A stretch of DNA of 48,913 bases, filler included, from Jimgerdemannia flammicorona (GCA_003990765.1; 2 parts of 2 records of this genome joined end to end with filler, not necessarily neighbours in it); one strand, 5' to 3'. Shown: positions 1 to 13,291, numbered from the whole stretch's first letter. Notes: generated by a model from the letters alone, not told the origin. Numbers and translations: made by a program.

Positions 1-254
1 TCCACTCTCCTCCTCTCTGCCTCAGACCTCCCCTCCCTCCGCCGCTGGGGCCCCGGCTAGCCATCGAGGCCCCCGGCATCCCCAAACCATCTCCCCTCCT
101 CCCCACCTGCTGCCAGCCAAAGGCGCCACCACCCCCCTGGCCAGTATGCTCACCAGATCGATCGTTGCCATCTATGTTGTTAGTCATTGGACACCAAAAA
201 CGTTGTAAAAAGTGTTGTCTGAGTCTTGTGTAACCTGAATGTTACCGGAGAAAG
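1..254 (-). mobile_element. 5' end of a LINE-like (L1/Tx1-type) element: 5' UTR plus start of ORF1, running off the left edge
   Basis: Reverse complement of 47544-~47795 at high identity. Similarity stops at ...TTTCTCC(G/A)GTAACATTCAGG. The ORF1 ATG reads ATA here. Confidence 0.75.
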
Positions 255-279
255 ATGTTCCATTATTTCCTTTGCACAA

Positions 280-1550
280 AGCTATTATAACCAAAGTACT
301 AAACACCCTCACAAGTCTGGACTGGCGCGGTGCCAACGGTGCTCTCGTCGCCGTCGCTGCGGCCGCCACGGGAATTTACGTGGCCAACTTCCTGCTCACC
401 CCCAGAGGGCAAGGAGGCCGAGAAGTTCAAGAAGCTCAACAAGCTCCCGTCTCCGCCTGGCGCCCTGCCTGTTTTCTGTAGGAAAGTCCCCCACATAGAG
501 TTTTCTGAACGGAGTAAGACCTTGGGCCCTATTTATTCTGTCAAAATGGGTCCTCCCGCTTGGGTGAGTTATCACGGCGTGTGCTTGTTTGGAAGGAGAG
601 GTCGTAGTCGTATCGCGGGCGAATCGGTCGTTTCTCTTATCATTGAAGTACACCTGAGAAATACCCTACCCCTCCAGGTTATCCACAACTCGCCTGAAGT
701 GATCCGCGAGATATTGGATCGGCAGGGTCGAGCGGGATTACTTGAGTTGCTTGTGAGGATTTGGTAACAGGGCGTCGTGTGACATCAACCTCCTCTCTTC
801 CTGGTACAGCTCAACTTGGCGAGTTCCATACTATTTAACAAGGCCTTCACAATAGACGATCCGGATTTCAAAACAATTATTCGGATAGCGGTCGAGTTCC
901 TCCGGATTGTCAGCGATATCACCCTGGAGCTCTTCCCATTCCTGGCCCCGCTCCTCCGAAGCCAAGTCCATATTGCCGGCTTGTTGCAGCTTGAAATCCA
1001 ACAGATGTTTGGGAAGTACGTCGAGAAGGTGAGGCAGGCCAGGAAGGATAGGAACGGGATCAAGTGCGCGTGCAACGAGTACATGTAAGCTCAAGAGACG
1101 GATAACGTGAACGGGCATATGGATGATATTGCTAGTAGGTTTGGGAAAGTCATAGTGCATGATCTTGGTGGGTGTCCGTGCCTAATGACGGATTTACTTT
1201 TATTCAAGTCTACAACAGCTGTGGTGGATTCATCTTTGTCGGTAAGTCTTCGCACCTTCCAGTGCGACACCCCTCACACCCTTTTCACTCCCAGGCCTCG
1301 ATGACTCGTCTGAACGGCATCAGCATTCTGGCGAACTATCCCAACGTTCAGGAACGCGCTTCTTCGAGATCAAAGGTAACATCGGTCTCGACCATTTACC
1401 CAGAGAAACGGACGAGGAACGCCTTCCCTATACACCCGCGCCATCCTCACCGAGATCCTTAGGTATAGGACGTCACTGTGGTTAGGCAACACCAAAGGTG
1501 AGGAATACGAGGGGTATCATATCCCGTAAATATAGGTGTGATGACGAAAA
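280..1550 (+). pseudogene. Cytochrome P450 pseudogene (frameshifts, stops, internal deletion, no heme-binding end)
   Basis: N-terminal anchor GALVAVAAAATGIYVANFLL; Pro hinge KLPSPPGALPVF; KTLGPIYSVKMG; GT..AG intron ~564-677, then VIHNSPEVIREILDRQG; ILANYPNVQERA; K-helix ExxR (ILTEILRYR, ~1443-1469); EEYEGYHIP (~1500-1526). No FxxGxRxC follows. Confidence 0.88.
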
Positions 1551-1591
1551 GGGAGACGGGACCTTTATGTTTTAATAGCCTGATAGTTGAC

Positions 1592-1641
1592 TTTTTTTTT
1601 TTTTTTTTTTTTTTTTTTGTTTTTTTTTTTTTTTTTTTTTT
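1592..1641 (-). repeat. Poly(T) tract, possibly the poly(A) tail of a minus-strand retroposed insertion that truncates the P450
   Basis: About 50 T with one G, at the point where P450 similarity ends and CpG-poor sequence begins. Confidence 0.55.
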
Positions 1642-2021
1642 CAATGCTGGTATTCTCACTAACTAGCTTATCAATCTCTCTAATAATCCCACCCATGCAC
1701 TCTGCCAACCTATATGCTTATCTGTGCATACATCATCTAAGGCTCCTGCCAGTACTATAATAGTAAGACTAGTATTTCCCAGTATAATAGATTCTTAGTT
1801 TCCATCAAAGCCAGTATTGCTCAGCTTCAAGAGTATGCATCTATATAACACTGTTGGTTTGATGAACTTTTCTGCTTCTATACTCTCATCCTGATACTAT
1901 AATCTCAACAATATCAGCCATTGAAGCCCCTTTTGCCTCTAGCCATACCACAACTCCCATCATTTATCAAGTCTTTATTAATCATGCTACTGCCTCCCTC
2001 TTGGTAGGTTATTGTATCTAT

Positions 2022-3590
2022 TGTAACATGCTGGTTCAATGGAGGAAAATCACAAGGTTGGGGTGCTAAGTAGTTTGGCTTGAGCCCCCAGTAACTTTGT
2101 CAAAAGCATCAAAATGTTCCATTGTTTCTGGTATCCTTGTTGGTGTTTAGCAGCATAATAGTCAAATCTGGATACAGTGGTCGATTCTGGCGGATTTCGT
2201 TATTGGGATGGTTCTTGGGTGTAGCGGCGATTCGGTAACGCGGATGATTTGTGTAGCGCGAATGGGTTTCCTCATGCGATTTCTGCGTGACGATCTCCAA
2301 AAGAATGCGATTTCTGCGTGACGATCTCCGAAAGTGTGCGATTTCTGCGTGACGATCTCCGAAAGTGTGCGATTTCTGCGTGACGATCTTGTGTAGCGCG
2401 ACGATCTTGTGTAGCGCGAGTGTATTCCTTATGTGATTTGGCGGACTGTAAAGGAAATGGGAATTTTTCCTGAATCGGCAGAATTCTTGGAAATAACTCA
2501 TAACTCGGATGACTTGGTTTGGCGGATAACTCAGATAACTCGGTTTGGCGGAGTTCTTGAGCAAAGTTGCATCAAAGACTGGCTTCGTTTGCGCGAACGA
2601 GTTCACTTCGAAGTTGCATCTAATAGACTGGCTGTGTGTCAAGGTTCTTATGACGGCTTTTCCTTAAGCGGCGGATTTCTCTTCAAATGGCAGCAAAGTT
2701 CTTCACTCGAACTTTGGCGGCAAATCTCAAGCAAATATATGACGGATTTCTTTTCTGGCTTAATCTGGCAAGCCTACCAATCTTTTGTATCGGAAAGTGG
2801 ACTGGAGTGGAAAAAGGGAACGAAGCTCACAATCTCCTAGTAGTGGCTTTAGAGTAGGTGTTTCTCTTAAGTGTTGCAATCCTTTCCTTGGATCAAGTGG
2901 CTCTTAGCAGGCATCCTCAAAGTGTAGTAGGCAGACTTATCTTTTGCAATTGCAGACTGAGGTTTATTCACTATTGTCTCTAGGGTATTTTATACAGTTG
3001 TGGTTGCCATCTGGTTGCTATGTGGCTAACTATAGTTGCTATTTATAATGAAGGGGTAGATATTTACTGTCAGGGTGATATTTAATATCAGAGTGACATT
3101 TACTGTCAGTAATGTCTCCTTTTTTAGCTATCTGGGTTATTTATACAAGTTGGTACAGTAGGGCAATCTAGGTTGCCTAGTGCACTAGATATAGTATATG
3201 GTTTAATTATAGTAACTAATTCAGATTGTGACTAGGTATGTTTTTCTGCTTGCTTATTACATCAGCCTCCACTAAAGAATAGTCTGCTCTCAGACTATTC
3301 TTTAGTCATCATTCCAATATCTATAGGTATCTTCTGTATCTATGTATGTCAGTACTATTATCTTTTTCTGTATCTGGGTCACTCTATTTTAGTTCTGAAT
3401 CTTCTTTCTGTTCTTTGGAAAATTGAATATCTACTTGTTGAAGAATGCTCTGGAAGATTATCTCATTTATCTGATGGATAATTGTCAGGTGAAAATGGGC
3501 TTATAACAAGGCTCCTTTATCCTATCTATAGTTTGGACTTCTTAAGAGAGTTATACCAGCTGGTCTTCTTATATATAGTTGCTTGAGCTT
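2022..3590 (-). mobile_element. Truncated Ty3/Gypsy: 3' LTR (2022-3261), PPT/hairpin and C-terminal half of the extra ORF
   Basis: TGTAACATG...TTACA termini; homologous to the LTRs at 25399-26916 and 31120-32469. Followed by the PPT complement and the reverse-strand ORF3 tail (IFQSILQQVDIQFSKE...YRYWNDD*). Confidence 0.88.
2276..2419. repeat. 31-bp tandem repeat (GCGATTTCTGCGTGACGATCTCCGAAAGTGT, ~3.7 copies) plus a shorter duplication, inside the LTR
   Basis: Head-to-tail copies read directly, with no spacers. Confidence 0.9.
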
Positions 3591-5500
3591 ACCATACTAG
3601 AGTAAATGGCCAGTTAGTTTTCTTGGACCAAGAGAAGGCCTATGACAGAGTCTGGTAAGTGTGATTAGATGGAGTGCTATAGTGCATTAGAGTTCTCTCT
3701 GGGGTCTAGCAGGCCTTGGTAAGTCTGCTGGAAGTGAGTCAGATAGTAATTATAGTAAATAGATACAGAGGGATTTTGTTCTCTCTGGGCAGAAGAGTGC
3801 TGCAGGGAGATCTACTGTTACTGATTCTGTATATGTTGTCCCTAGAGCCTCTTTTGGATAGGATATAGTAAAAGGTGGGAGGGTTGGACAGTCTGAGGGT
3901 TAATTGGAAGGTGGAGGCCTTTGCTAATAATATAGCAGTTGGGCTGGGGTCAGCTGAGGATATTGTAGCACTAAAAGGAGCAATTGTATAGTATTAGAGG
4001 TGCTCAGGTGCTAAGCTCAACTGATATAAGTGTGAGACCTTGGTGTTAGGAGGAGAGATAGTAGGTGGGAATGTGATTGGAACAATTGTCCCTATGGGAG
4101 AGATAGTTCACTATCTTGGAAATTACTTTTTGATATATGGCTCCTTACTACTATTTTGGTAGTGGGAGCAGTGGTTGGCAGAGTGGAATAACATTCTCTT
4201 GGAGTAGAGTGGTCATTATATATCTCTGACAGAAAGGGTAACAATATTGAATATATACTGATTGTCTAAGCTATAGTATCTGGGGTACTACTTAGACTTC
4301 TGGCATAGGTGGTCAAGTGATTGTTGAAGATGACCAGAATCTGGATATGAGCAGGGTAATAGAGTCAGATTGGTTGAGAGGTATTGACCTGGCCAGTAGA
4401 TTAGGTTGGCCTGAGTTTGGTGGATTTTTTCAAGTATCTTCACTGTTTGAGAGCATGGTGGCTGAAGTGAGTAAGCAAGTTGAGGAGTAGAGAGTAGTTC
4501 CCCTCATACAGAGAGTGTGAGAGGCCCAGTTCTCTCCCTACAGTATGACTGGGAATCTTCTATCTCTAGTGGCTTTGGAGAGAAGTCAGAGGAGGCATTA
4601 TAGAGGATTCTGGTAGAGGGTAGTTGATGGGGTATATTATATTGATCTCTAATGGAAGGGTTATGAGGGGGAGGAGGAATGGAGACCTCTGATATAGAGG
4701 TGGAAATGACTTCTGTTGGATGGAGTATCAGTAAATAACTTCTGCTTAGAGGATGATATGGAGTAACTTTGGAAATATTGTAGAGATCTGTAGCCTAAGA
4801 TATAATAGAGGGTAGAAATTAGAGAGAAGTGGGACTGGAACAGCATTTGGCAGTAGGGCAAACAGGCAGCAAGATATATCTCACCCAAGTTCTGGGTGAT
4901 ATAGTGGAGAATTCAATAGTATAATATAATATTGAACTACCAGACAGGTCACTTGGTGGAAGGGAGTACCTAGGAGTATGAGGAGTATCTGAATGTCAGG
5001 CAGGAGGGAGGAGTAATACAGACTCCTGAATATTAGCAAGGGGAGTATGAGATAATGGGTGACTTTTGAAGAGATTGAGGTATATCTGGGAGTTCACCCA
5101 CTATGATTGGTAGTGAGAGAGAGGTGGGGTGACCTCCAGAGGAGGCTGGTGGGGGGGTTGGGAGATGAGTGGTTAATATTAAGATAGGTGCTGGCAATTT
5201 GGATCAGGCTTGTAGGACATTAGTTATATGTATTTAAGAAGGATCAATAGTTACCTTTAGAGGTGAGAGTGGCTAGATGGGAGTTGCTGATGATGAATAT
5301 TGAATGGATAATGGATGGGTGGGAGTACTAGTAGAGAGTATCAGAGGTAATTAGTGAAGACAATCTATAGGAAGAGTGAGAGGAGGATTGGGGTAGCAGA
5401 GAATTCAGTAGTATTTTAGGGGAATAGTGAGTTTCTGAGAGAGATTTGGTGAGGGGTTTATTTATATTGATATATTATAGATGGTTTATTAATAAAGTAG
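3591..5500 (+). mobile_element. Degenerate L1/Tx1-like LINE ORF2 (RT and C-terminal zinc finger), 5' truncated
   Basis: VFLDQEKAYDRV (~3617); RVLQGDLL...LYMLSLEP (GVRQGDPLSP-like, ~3795); AFANNIAV (FADD with G>A changes, ~3917); Cys/His remnant near 4994-5050; AATAAA at ~5491. Confidence 0.85.
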
Positions 5501-5608
5501 AAGTCCTTATAATGATAATATATATATATATATTATTCAAATATTATCTAAATCATATTTTTATAACAGAGTTCAGATTAGAGTTGGGTTAAAGATAAAT
5601 AATAAGTT

Positions 5609-5806
5609 AGATTAAAGATGTGTAATATATATTTCCAGATCAGATTAAAGATGTATAATATATAATTCTAGATCAGGTTAAAGATAGATAATATATATTT
5701 TTAGATTAGATTAAAGATAGGTAATATATATATCTGAGTTAGGTTAAAGGTAGGTGATATATAATTTCTGGTTGGATTAAAGGTAAGTAATATCTAATTT
5801 CAGATT
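5609..5806. repeat. 33-bp minisatellite, 6 degenerate copies
   Basis: Units such as AGATTAAAGATGTATAATATATAATTCTAGATC recur every 33 bp. Confidence 0.8.
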
Positions 5807-6429
5807 GACTATTTTATAGATCAGATTTTGAATTTATTGGATCAGATTTGTAAAATACTAGTTCTGGTTTAGGTAACTATTTTTAGATAGTATCAGAATG
5901 AGAAAAGAGATGACTATCACAGATAGACAGAAGAGTAATAATAGTAGACCAGTCAGATATTAAGCTAGTGATTACTGTTTAGATTATAGCAGATATTATC
6001 TCAGTAGAGTCTTTTAATTAGCTAGTAGACAGTGGAGTAGTATAATGCTGATATCTTGACTATATCCAACTAGAACCTAGAGCTGATATAATAATACAAT
6101 TGAGGTCCACAGGCTTGAGAAGTAGAGCCTTCCTTATTTAGCAATATCCAACTAGAACTAGGAGCTAACATAGCAACATAATCAAGACCCCCAGGCTCAA
6201 AAAGTGAGATTGGAGTCTTTTTAGACCTTAGCTTATATATAAGTCCTTTTGAGATAGTTCTATATATAAGTTCTCTACTATCTTACCATGAATCTATTTG
6301 ACTTCTTATTGGTTAGTTAGAGGGTTTTTTCTTTATCACTGACTTTATTTCGAGTTAGGAGGCTTATACTGTTCAGTTCTTACATTACCAGATCCAATGT
6401 ATAAATGTACAGATATCTATCTTGAGAAG

Positions 6430-7307
6430 ATCTGACAGGTCTCAAGAATTCATCCTATAGACAGATGTAAGCTCAATTTTACTAGGAGCTATTCTTGTAT
6501 AAAAGAAGAATAAGGTTGAATATATAATTATATATCTCAGCTGAGAAACCTATAGAGTAGAAAGAGAATATAAATTCTATAAGCTGGAGTATCTCACAGT
6601 TATCTGATCTGTAGAAAATTTCCACTACTATCTTGTTGAAACATACTTCACTATTCTGACTAATCATTCAGCTCTCACCTAATTGTTAACTATAAGCCAA
6701 CTAAAAGGAATATTTTTCAAATATATTATGAAACTGCAAGCATATGATGTAATCATCATATACTGACTAGAAATAAGTAACACCAGTACAGATATACTCT
6801 CACAGATATTCTGAATAATATATAACTAGCAAAACCAAAATTAATAAAGAACTCTACTATAGAATTATCACCAATCTGAGATAGTGAAATATGTCCCAAA
6901 ACTAAGAAGAAAAAATATAAACAATTATTAACAAAATCTGAAAATAATTTGTAACTAATAAAGAAATACTAAAGAAAGTAAAACTACTAGTTATATGAGA
7001 GCATAAGAAGGAATAAGTAATAAAATCAGAATAAGTAATAAAATCAAAATTGTTGATAGATATCAATCAGGCTGATGGAAGGGGTGGAGCCCACAAGGGG
7101 GCCACTGTAGATATCTGATAGAAGGAATATACAAGAGGTGTAGTGGACAGAATGAGGTAATTAATAATCTGGTCTTTAAGAGAGAGAGAGTGAGAGAAAA
7201 GAAGTGTATTAGAGTAGAGTAGGGTAGAGTTGAGTTAGGGCTATCAGTGTCATATGAGGACCTTATGTTTGTTATAGATTAGTTAATAAAGAGATCTAGG
7301 ATCTATG

Positions 7308-7343
<36 letters not shown>

Positions 7344-9268
7344 AAAAAAAAAAAAAAAAAAAAAGCAATGAAATCTGTATATAAACTTAGTCCTCTAGGA
7401 GAAATAAATTATCTAAGATAAAGCAAGACGAATAATGTGGTGTCCTGGAATAGAGGAAGATATCAGACAATTTGTTAAGATCTATAACAAATATCAAAAA
7501 TAAAAATAAGATCTGTAAAACCAGACACCAGGATCAGGAGATATAGAATTAGTACTATTTGTCTATATTGCAATAGATACAGATTGGTCCACTACTTTGA
7601 AATTTACTGGCAAGCAACATATCATTATTATTATAGATCTCTTTATGAAATAGATTGAAGTAAAATCTCTCAAAAAAGCAATGCATCAATTGCTAATTTC
7701 TTCTACAGAGAAATTATCTGTTAATTTAAGACCTTAAAGAAAGTAATAATAGATAGAGGAATAGAATTTATAAACCAACTTTTTGAGGTTCTATATAAGA
7801 AGTACAAGATTCAGCATATTTAAACTATAGCTTATTATCTACAAAAAAAATAGATAGACTGAAAAGACTAACAAGATACTTAAGAATGTATTACTAATAT
7901 CTATAATACCTATAAAAATTGAGACCATTGTCTACTAATAGTATTATCTGCTCTCTGGAATATATAATTACCAAGCACTCATTTCACCTCTTGAGAATTG
8001 CTGTTTGGAGAAGAAAGTTCTAAAGGAATCCTATTATTTAATAGAAATATAATATGAAAATACATGAAAACTAAGATATAAAGATTGTACCAAATAAGAA
8101 AAAAGGTTGAACATTACATAAGGTATTATAATATAATAATATAGAGAAGATCAATAAGCTTCTAGAGATTATCAAGATAGGAGATAAAGTTCTGATATAT
8201 TAAAATATAGTTATTATAAAAACTAGAACTCATGTAAGAAAGATCTTATATTGTATAAAATATAAAAGAAACTACCTTTGGCTACAAAAACTCTCAGACT
8301 CAATTATCTCTACTACTCATAGCTAACTAATGAAATACCACTCTGGTACTTAAGATTACAAGTACTACTCAGTAAACTATAGATGAATAATAGTATTCTA
8401 CTGAGCTACCAACCATAGTGGAATTCTTTGATAGCATTCAAAGTATTATACAGACTCATCTATTACAAATATCATACTTTGGAGCCTACCAACATTGTAC
8501 TGAGTTTCAAAAGTACTTTAAGTTCGAAAAATTACTAAACAAGAAGAACATAACTAAAGAAGAATAAATTACAAAGTCTCAAATATCATATACCCAGATT
8601 ACTATAGCCAAACAGGTCTATAAACTATTCCAAGATTATCAGCAAGTCTAGCTCATTTTAGTAGTCCTAGGAGATTTCAAATAGAGGAGATAATATCATT
8701 AAAAGAGTATATTTGAGCAAATTATACTGAATAAAAACATATAATTAGTTAAAGTATAAGAGTTTGAATAAGTTAATTCAGTGTTTAAATTACTTATTTA
8801 GGAGAAAGTTATATTAGTTAATCTAAATTAGAAATAACAATCAGGAGATAGATATTTGATTATATTATCTAAATCTAATTTCTGATATAGTTTAGTATTA
8901 TATATAGTTTAGCAGTTACTTGATCTCTCAGTTGTATGATTTATATAATTATATAAAAAGCACAGTTATATAAATCTCTTAGATATATATACCAATCTCT
9001 CAAATATATGAAAAAACTCATACAAAAGAAGTTTTAATTTAGCTATTATATAGTTAGCAAAATTATATAAATATCATCAGTATCTATTATAAATAAACCT
9101 CTGATTGAAATAGTTCAAGTAAAGAGATAAGGAACTAGTAAGCCTCTGGGCAGATATACTTCAAATAAATCCACTTCTATATTTGAGAATTCTGAGAAGT
9201 CAAAGAAGATCAAATATTCAAAATAAAGAAATCAGCTATATATGCTAGTATATGTCTACTATATTATA
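6430..9268 (+). mobile_element. Highly decayed Ty3/Gypsy of a second family: RNase H, integrase, extra-ORF remnant, 3' LTR (~8694-9268)
   Basis: SQEFIL*TDVSSILLGAIL (~6440); HSALT and KLQAYDV remnants; integrase remnants (GKQHII..DLF.K, AYxxQ) at 7585-7890. The distal LTR part (9090-9268) resembles 42640-42826. Boundaries approximate. Confidence 0.72.
7065..7364 (+). mobile_element. Short 3' end of a non-LTR retroelement with a poly(A) tail, inserted in the Gypsy remnant
   Basis: G-rich segment, AATAAA (~7285), then an A tract at 7308-7364. Gypsy-like sequence resumes afterwards. Confidence 0.65.
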
Positions 9269-12200
9269 TTATATACTATATAATAGCTTATATACTCTAT
9301 CTGATAATATGTTGTCTTTGTCTTATATATAATAAATATTTGATCTAATAATGCCATTTGTCTTATATATTATAAATATTTTATCTGATTCTTATTGATC
9401 AATATATAGAATTAGACTATAGTGATTTGAATAGTTCTATAACTACAATAGTACAGAATTCTATAATATAAATGGCTAGCCACTACTATATAATAGAATC
9501 AGATCACAATATTCTACTTGAGATATAGTAGTATAGGATTTCATAATAGTAATTTATCTTATCTCTTATAAGAAAAGAGTTGGTCTATAAAGATACATAT
9601 AGAATATACTTTAGTATTTAGTCTTATAATCATAGTAGTATAATACTCAAGAACTATAAGCTAGTATCTCAATCTTCTATCCAAATAGAGCCCTTAATTA
9701 TAAAGATATATGTTCTGATAGTCCTTATAATTATGAGTTAAGCTCTTAAAATTCTTGTGAGCTGGGCTCTTCAAACTGATCAATGCAATATATTTGAGAT
9801 ATAATTCCCATATATATATTTGTCTAATATAAATATAAATATATACTCATCCAATCTATTATTATTTTTAATTTAATATATGTATAAATATATATATAAG
9901 TAACAGTTAATAGAGAGTAGAGGAGAAAGATGGAAATTTAAATTACTTCATATAACTACAGTTTTATATAACATCTAACTTCTGTTTATCAATCATAGAT
10001 ATATAATAGAAATAATAAAAAACAGCACTAAGGTTTGGGTATACTGAGACTGAGCACTATAGTAAATATGATAAGACTGAGATAAAATATTTATTATACA
10101 ATAGTTCTTCTATTCTCTTGCTACTCTAAAAATTATTCATTTACTATTGAAATATTGAAATACATATCTTAGTTAAGCAACTTGATATATAGTGGTGCAG
10201 CCTAACTATATCATTACTATAAATACCATCAATATGTATAAAAGCATATAAGGTTTCAATTAACAACTACAGCTCTCCTTCTCTCTACTCTTCTAAGTAT
10301 TCCACAATAAAAGGTTATGAGCCCCACTAGTGAAAGTAGATAATAAAGATAAGGATACCCCTCTATAATATATATTATACTATATAAAGATGTTATACTT
10401 ATCAGATATATCAAATATAAATCTACTAAGTAATATAAGTAGAATGTGACCAGAAATAGGTACTGGTAGTATAAGTATATCTAATATAATAATTACAACT
10501 ATAACTATTCTTATAGCAGTACTAATGATAACAATAATAAAGAGAATAATTCTTATCTTTAATAGTACTATATGATATATGAAGAATCTCTTGGAGGAAT
10601 ATAGTCTAGAGGACTACTGGAAGTCACAGATATAAATAAGGAGATATAATGTTATAGGATTACAGAGTACTAAGAGAGATTATATTCACCCTTTCAAATA
10701 TATAAATGAAACTTGCTATTAATACTATAATTGTAAATAAAGCCTGAGAGATTTTATGCAATCACTATTAATAAGCATCTACATCAAACAGATTCCACCT
10801 AAAAGCAGAACTATTTAATTTCTGAATGAAATCTAAAAAGAGCATTTAAAACTATACTAACTATATCAATAAGCTGGTAAAATAAGTAAATTCTCTTACA
10901 TATATACTAGCAGACACTATCAAGGATGAAGACAAAGTCCTGGCCCTTATATATTAGCTTCCTGAGATATATGATATAGTTGTCACTACTATGAATAAAT
11001 TTGACAAATTATCAGACTATAAGCATATTATCACAAGTCTCCTAAATGAGGAATCAAGACTAGGTGGTAATAATAATGATAATTGTGATGAGAAAACATT
11101 CTATAAAATATAAGGATGAGGCAAAAGCAAGCCAAACAAAGGATAAGGGCAAAATCAGTAGTACAATAGTCAATGAGCCAAATTTGATAGTAAATACTTC
11201 TACTATAATAAGTATGAACACTATAAGTAAGATGGCAATCATAAGAAGAAAGAAAAGGACAGCTAAGAGTAATAAGAACAATATAGACAGATGAATATTA
11301 TAGATACCAATAATAATAATGAAAGCAGTAGAGACAGCAGAGGTCTATTCTTTACAAAAGTAGCAATCTGTCTACATATAGAGAGAGACCTAGGAGAAAA
11401 TTCAGAAAATACTTTTATACTAATGAAAGATATTGACATAAGTATCAGTACTAATATAAGCTATATACTGAGTACTTACATAAGTAGCAAAGGAATCTGA
11501 CTTATAGATTCCAATATAATATAGAATATAATAGTATACTATGAGTAGTTCTTTATATATGAGAAGTTTGAGCATTCTGTACCTATTAAACTAGATGACA
11601 ATAATGTCATCTATACTTAAGATAAGAGTAATATTAATATATATCTATATAGGAAAGTTGACAAACTCTCAGATACCTTATAGATATACTATATACTGTA
11701 GATATAGATATGAACCTCTTCTTAATAGGCTGGATGATAGCTTGAGAAGATAAAGAAGTAAATATACAACTGAATAGTATAATAGTAATAAATCTAAAGA
11801 ATAATAAGAAGCTAATATATAAATTAAAAGGAGAGAACTTATATACAATCAACAGTATATCAAGTGGTACATTATCTGTATATTCTACTACAACTGGGGT
11901 ATATATGATATGAATTCTTAGAGCACATCAGTAAGATGAGCTTAGAATAGATAATGAGGAGTAGTTTGGTAAGAGGATTACTAGACTGTTTATCTCATAA
12001 TTTCTTTTATAATTAATATATAGAAAATAAGACTTCCTGGTGATCTTTTCAGGAATAGATAAAACAAGCAGCTAGTATTCTTAATAGAATATATATGAAT
12101 ATCTATAACTCTATATAAATAGCAATACATTCTGAAAAGAAGTATTTTATTACTTTTATCGATAATTATACTTGTAAAGCTTATATATACTTCCTTATAG

Positions 12201-13291
12201 TGAAGAATGAGATATTTGAAAAATTTTGAAAATTTAAAGTAACTGTGGAAAATGAGACAGAATATAAGATATAGACTCTATGCTTAGACAATAGTAAGAA
12301 ATATATTAATAAAGCCTTTAGACACTTCTTGAAAAAGTACAATATCCAACACTCTATAATGCTCTATATATCTGAACAGGATAATATAGCAGAACTCTTT
12401 AATCAAATGATAGTAGAGATAGCTCAAATGCTGATGAACATGGCCAGCTTATTGTGTTTTATAAATACAGTAACATATATCCAAAAACATTATATTTCTT
12501 AAGCTCTAAGTAAGGATTCTAGTAGATCTAGCATATCTGATAATTATCAATCTAGGAATAATTAATAATCTAAGAATGATCAATAATTCAGAAATAATCA
12601 ATAATTTAGAAATAATAGTAATCTTACTCTCATGGAATTATAGAGTAGAGCTAAGCCAGATATCTTGGACCTATGGATATTTAGAAACAAGGTTTACATT
12701 CTGGATAAAAGCAGTAATAGAGACAAATTTGAGTATAAAGTAGATAAGTATATACTCCTTAGATATAACAGAGTAGTATATAGATTATGAAATCTACAGA
12801 AGTGCTATATAGTTATCTCTTATAATATTCAGTTCAATGAGATCAAAAAGCATAAAATTTATATAGATATTCCTATCTCAACCAACTCAATAGTATAGCT
12901 AGTGATATCTATGCTAATAATAAAAGTATCTCTAATATCTATATCAGTACTAGCATAATATATGCAAATGTCAATGAGACTATCAAAGCCAAGAATTATG
13001 GAAATTTTAGATAATAATAACAATAAGAATACCTCTCTAAAAGATATGAAAAAGTGCAAATCTAGACTACAAAATAAATTCAAAGTAGATTTAGAAAGTT
13101 ATTGGGACCAGTCTAAGATATCTCATTATAGATATTATGCAAACTATATCTATGAGTATATATATATAGTAATGATAGATGAGCCAGTATACTATAATGA
13201 AGAAAATATAAAAAAGAGTGGAAAAAGACTATATATAAGGAATATGATTCACTTATTGAGAGTGATATCTGAGATCTCTCTCTTTTAGTAG

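Noticed and set aside
1459..1659. Poly-Lys ORF
   Set aside because: Translation of the poly(T) tract.
2276..2419. CRISPR-like repeats (also 5609-5806, 25561-25670, 43150-43930)
   Set aside because: Head-to-tail or irregular repeats without unique spacers, no cas genes, eukaryotic repeat context.
2109..2840. Long ORFs inside the LTR
   Set aside because: They arise from CpG-rich tandem repeats, show no recognisable domain, and are not open in the other LTR copies.
9270..10140. Possible decayed coding sequence
   Set aside because: Too mutated for me to recognise any motif; left unassigned.
11060..11294. Hydrophobic membrane-like ORFs (also 41397-41717)
   Set aside because: Products of AT-rich decay in Copia gag, not genes.
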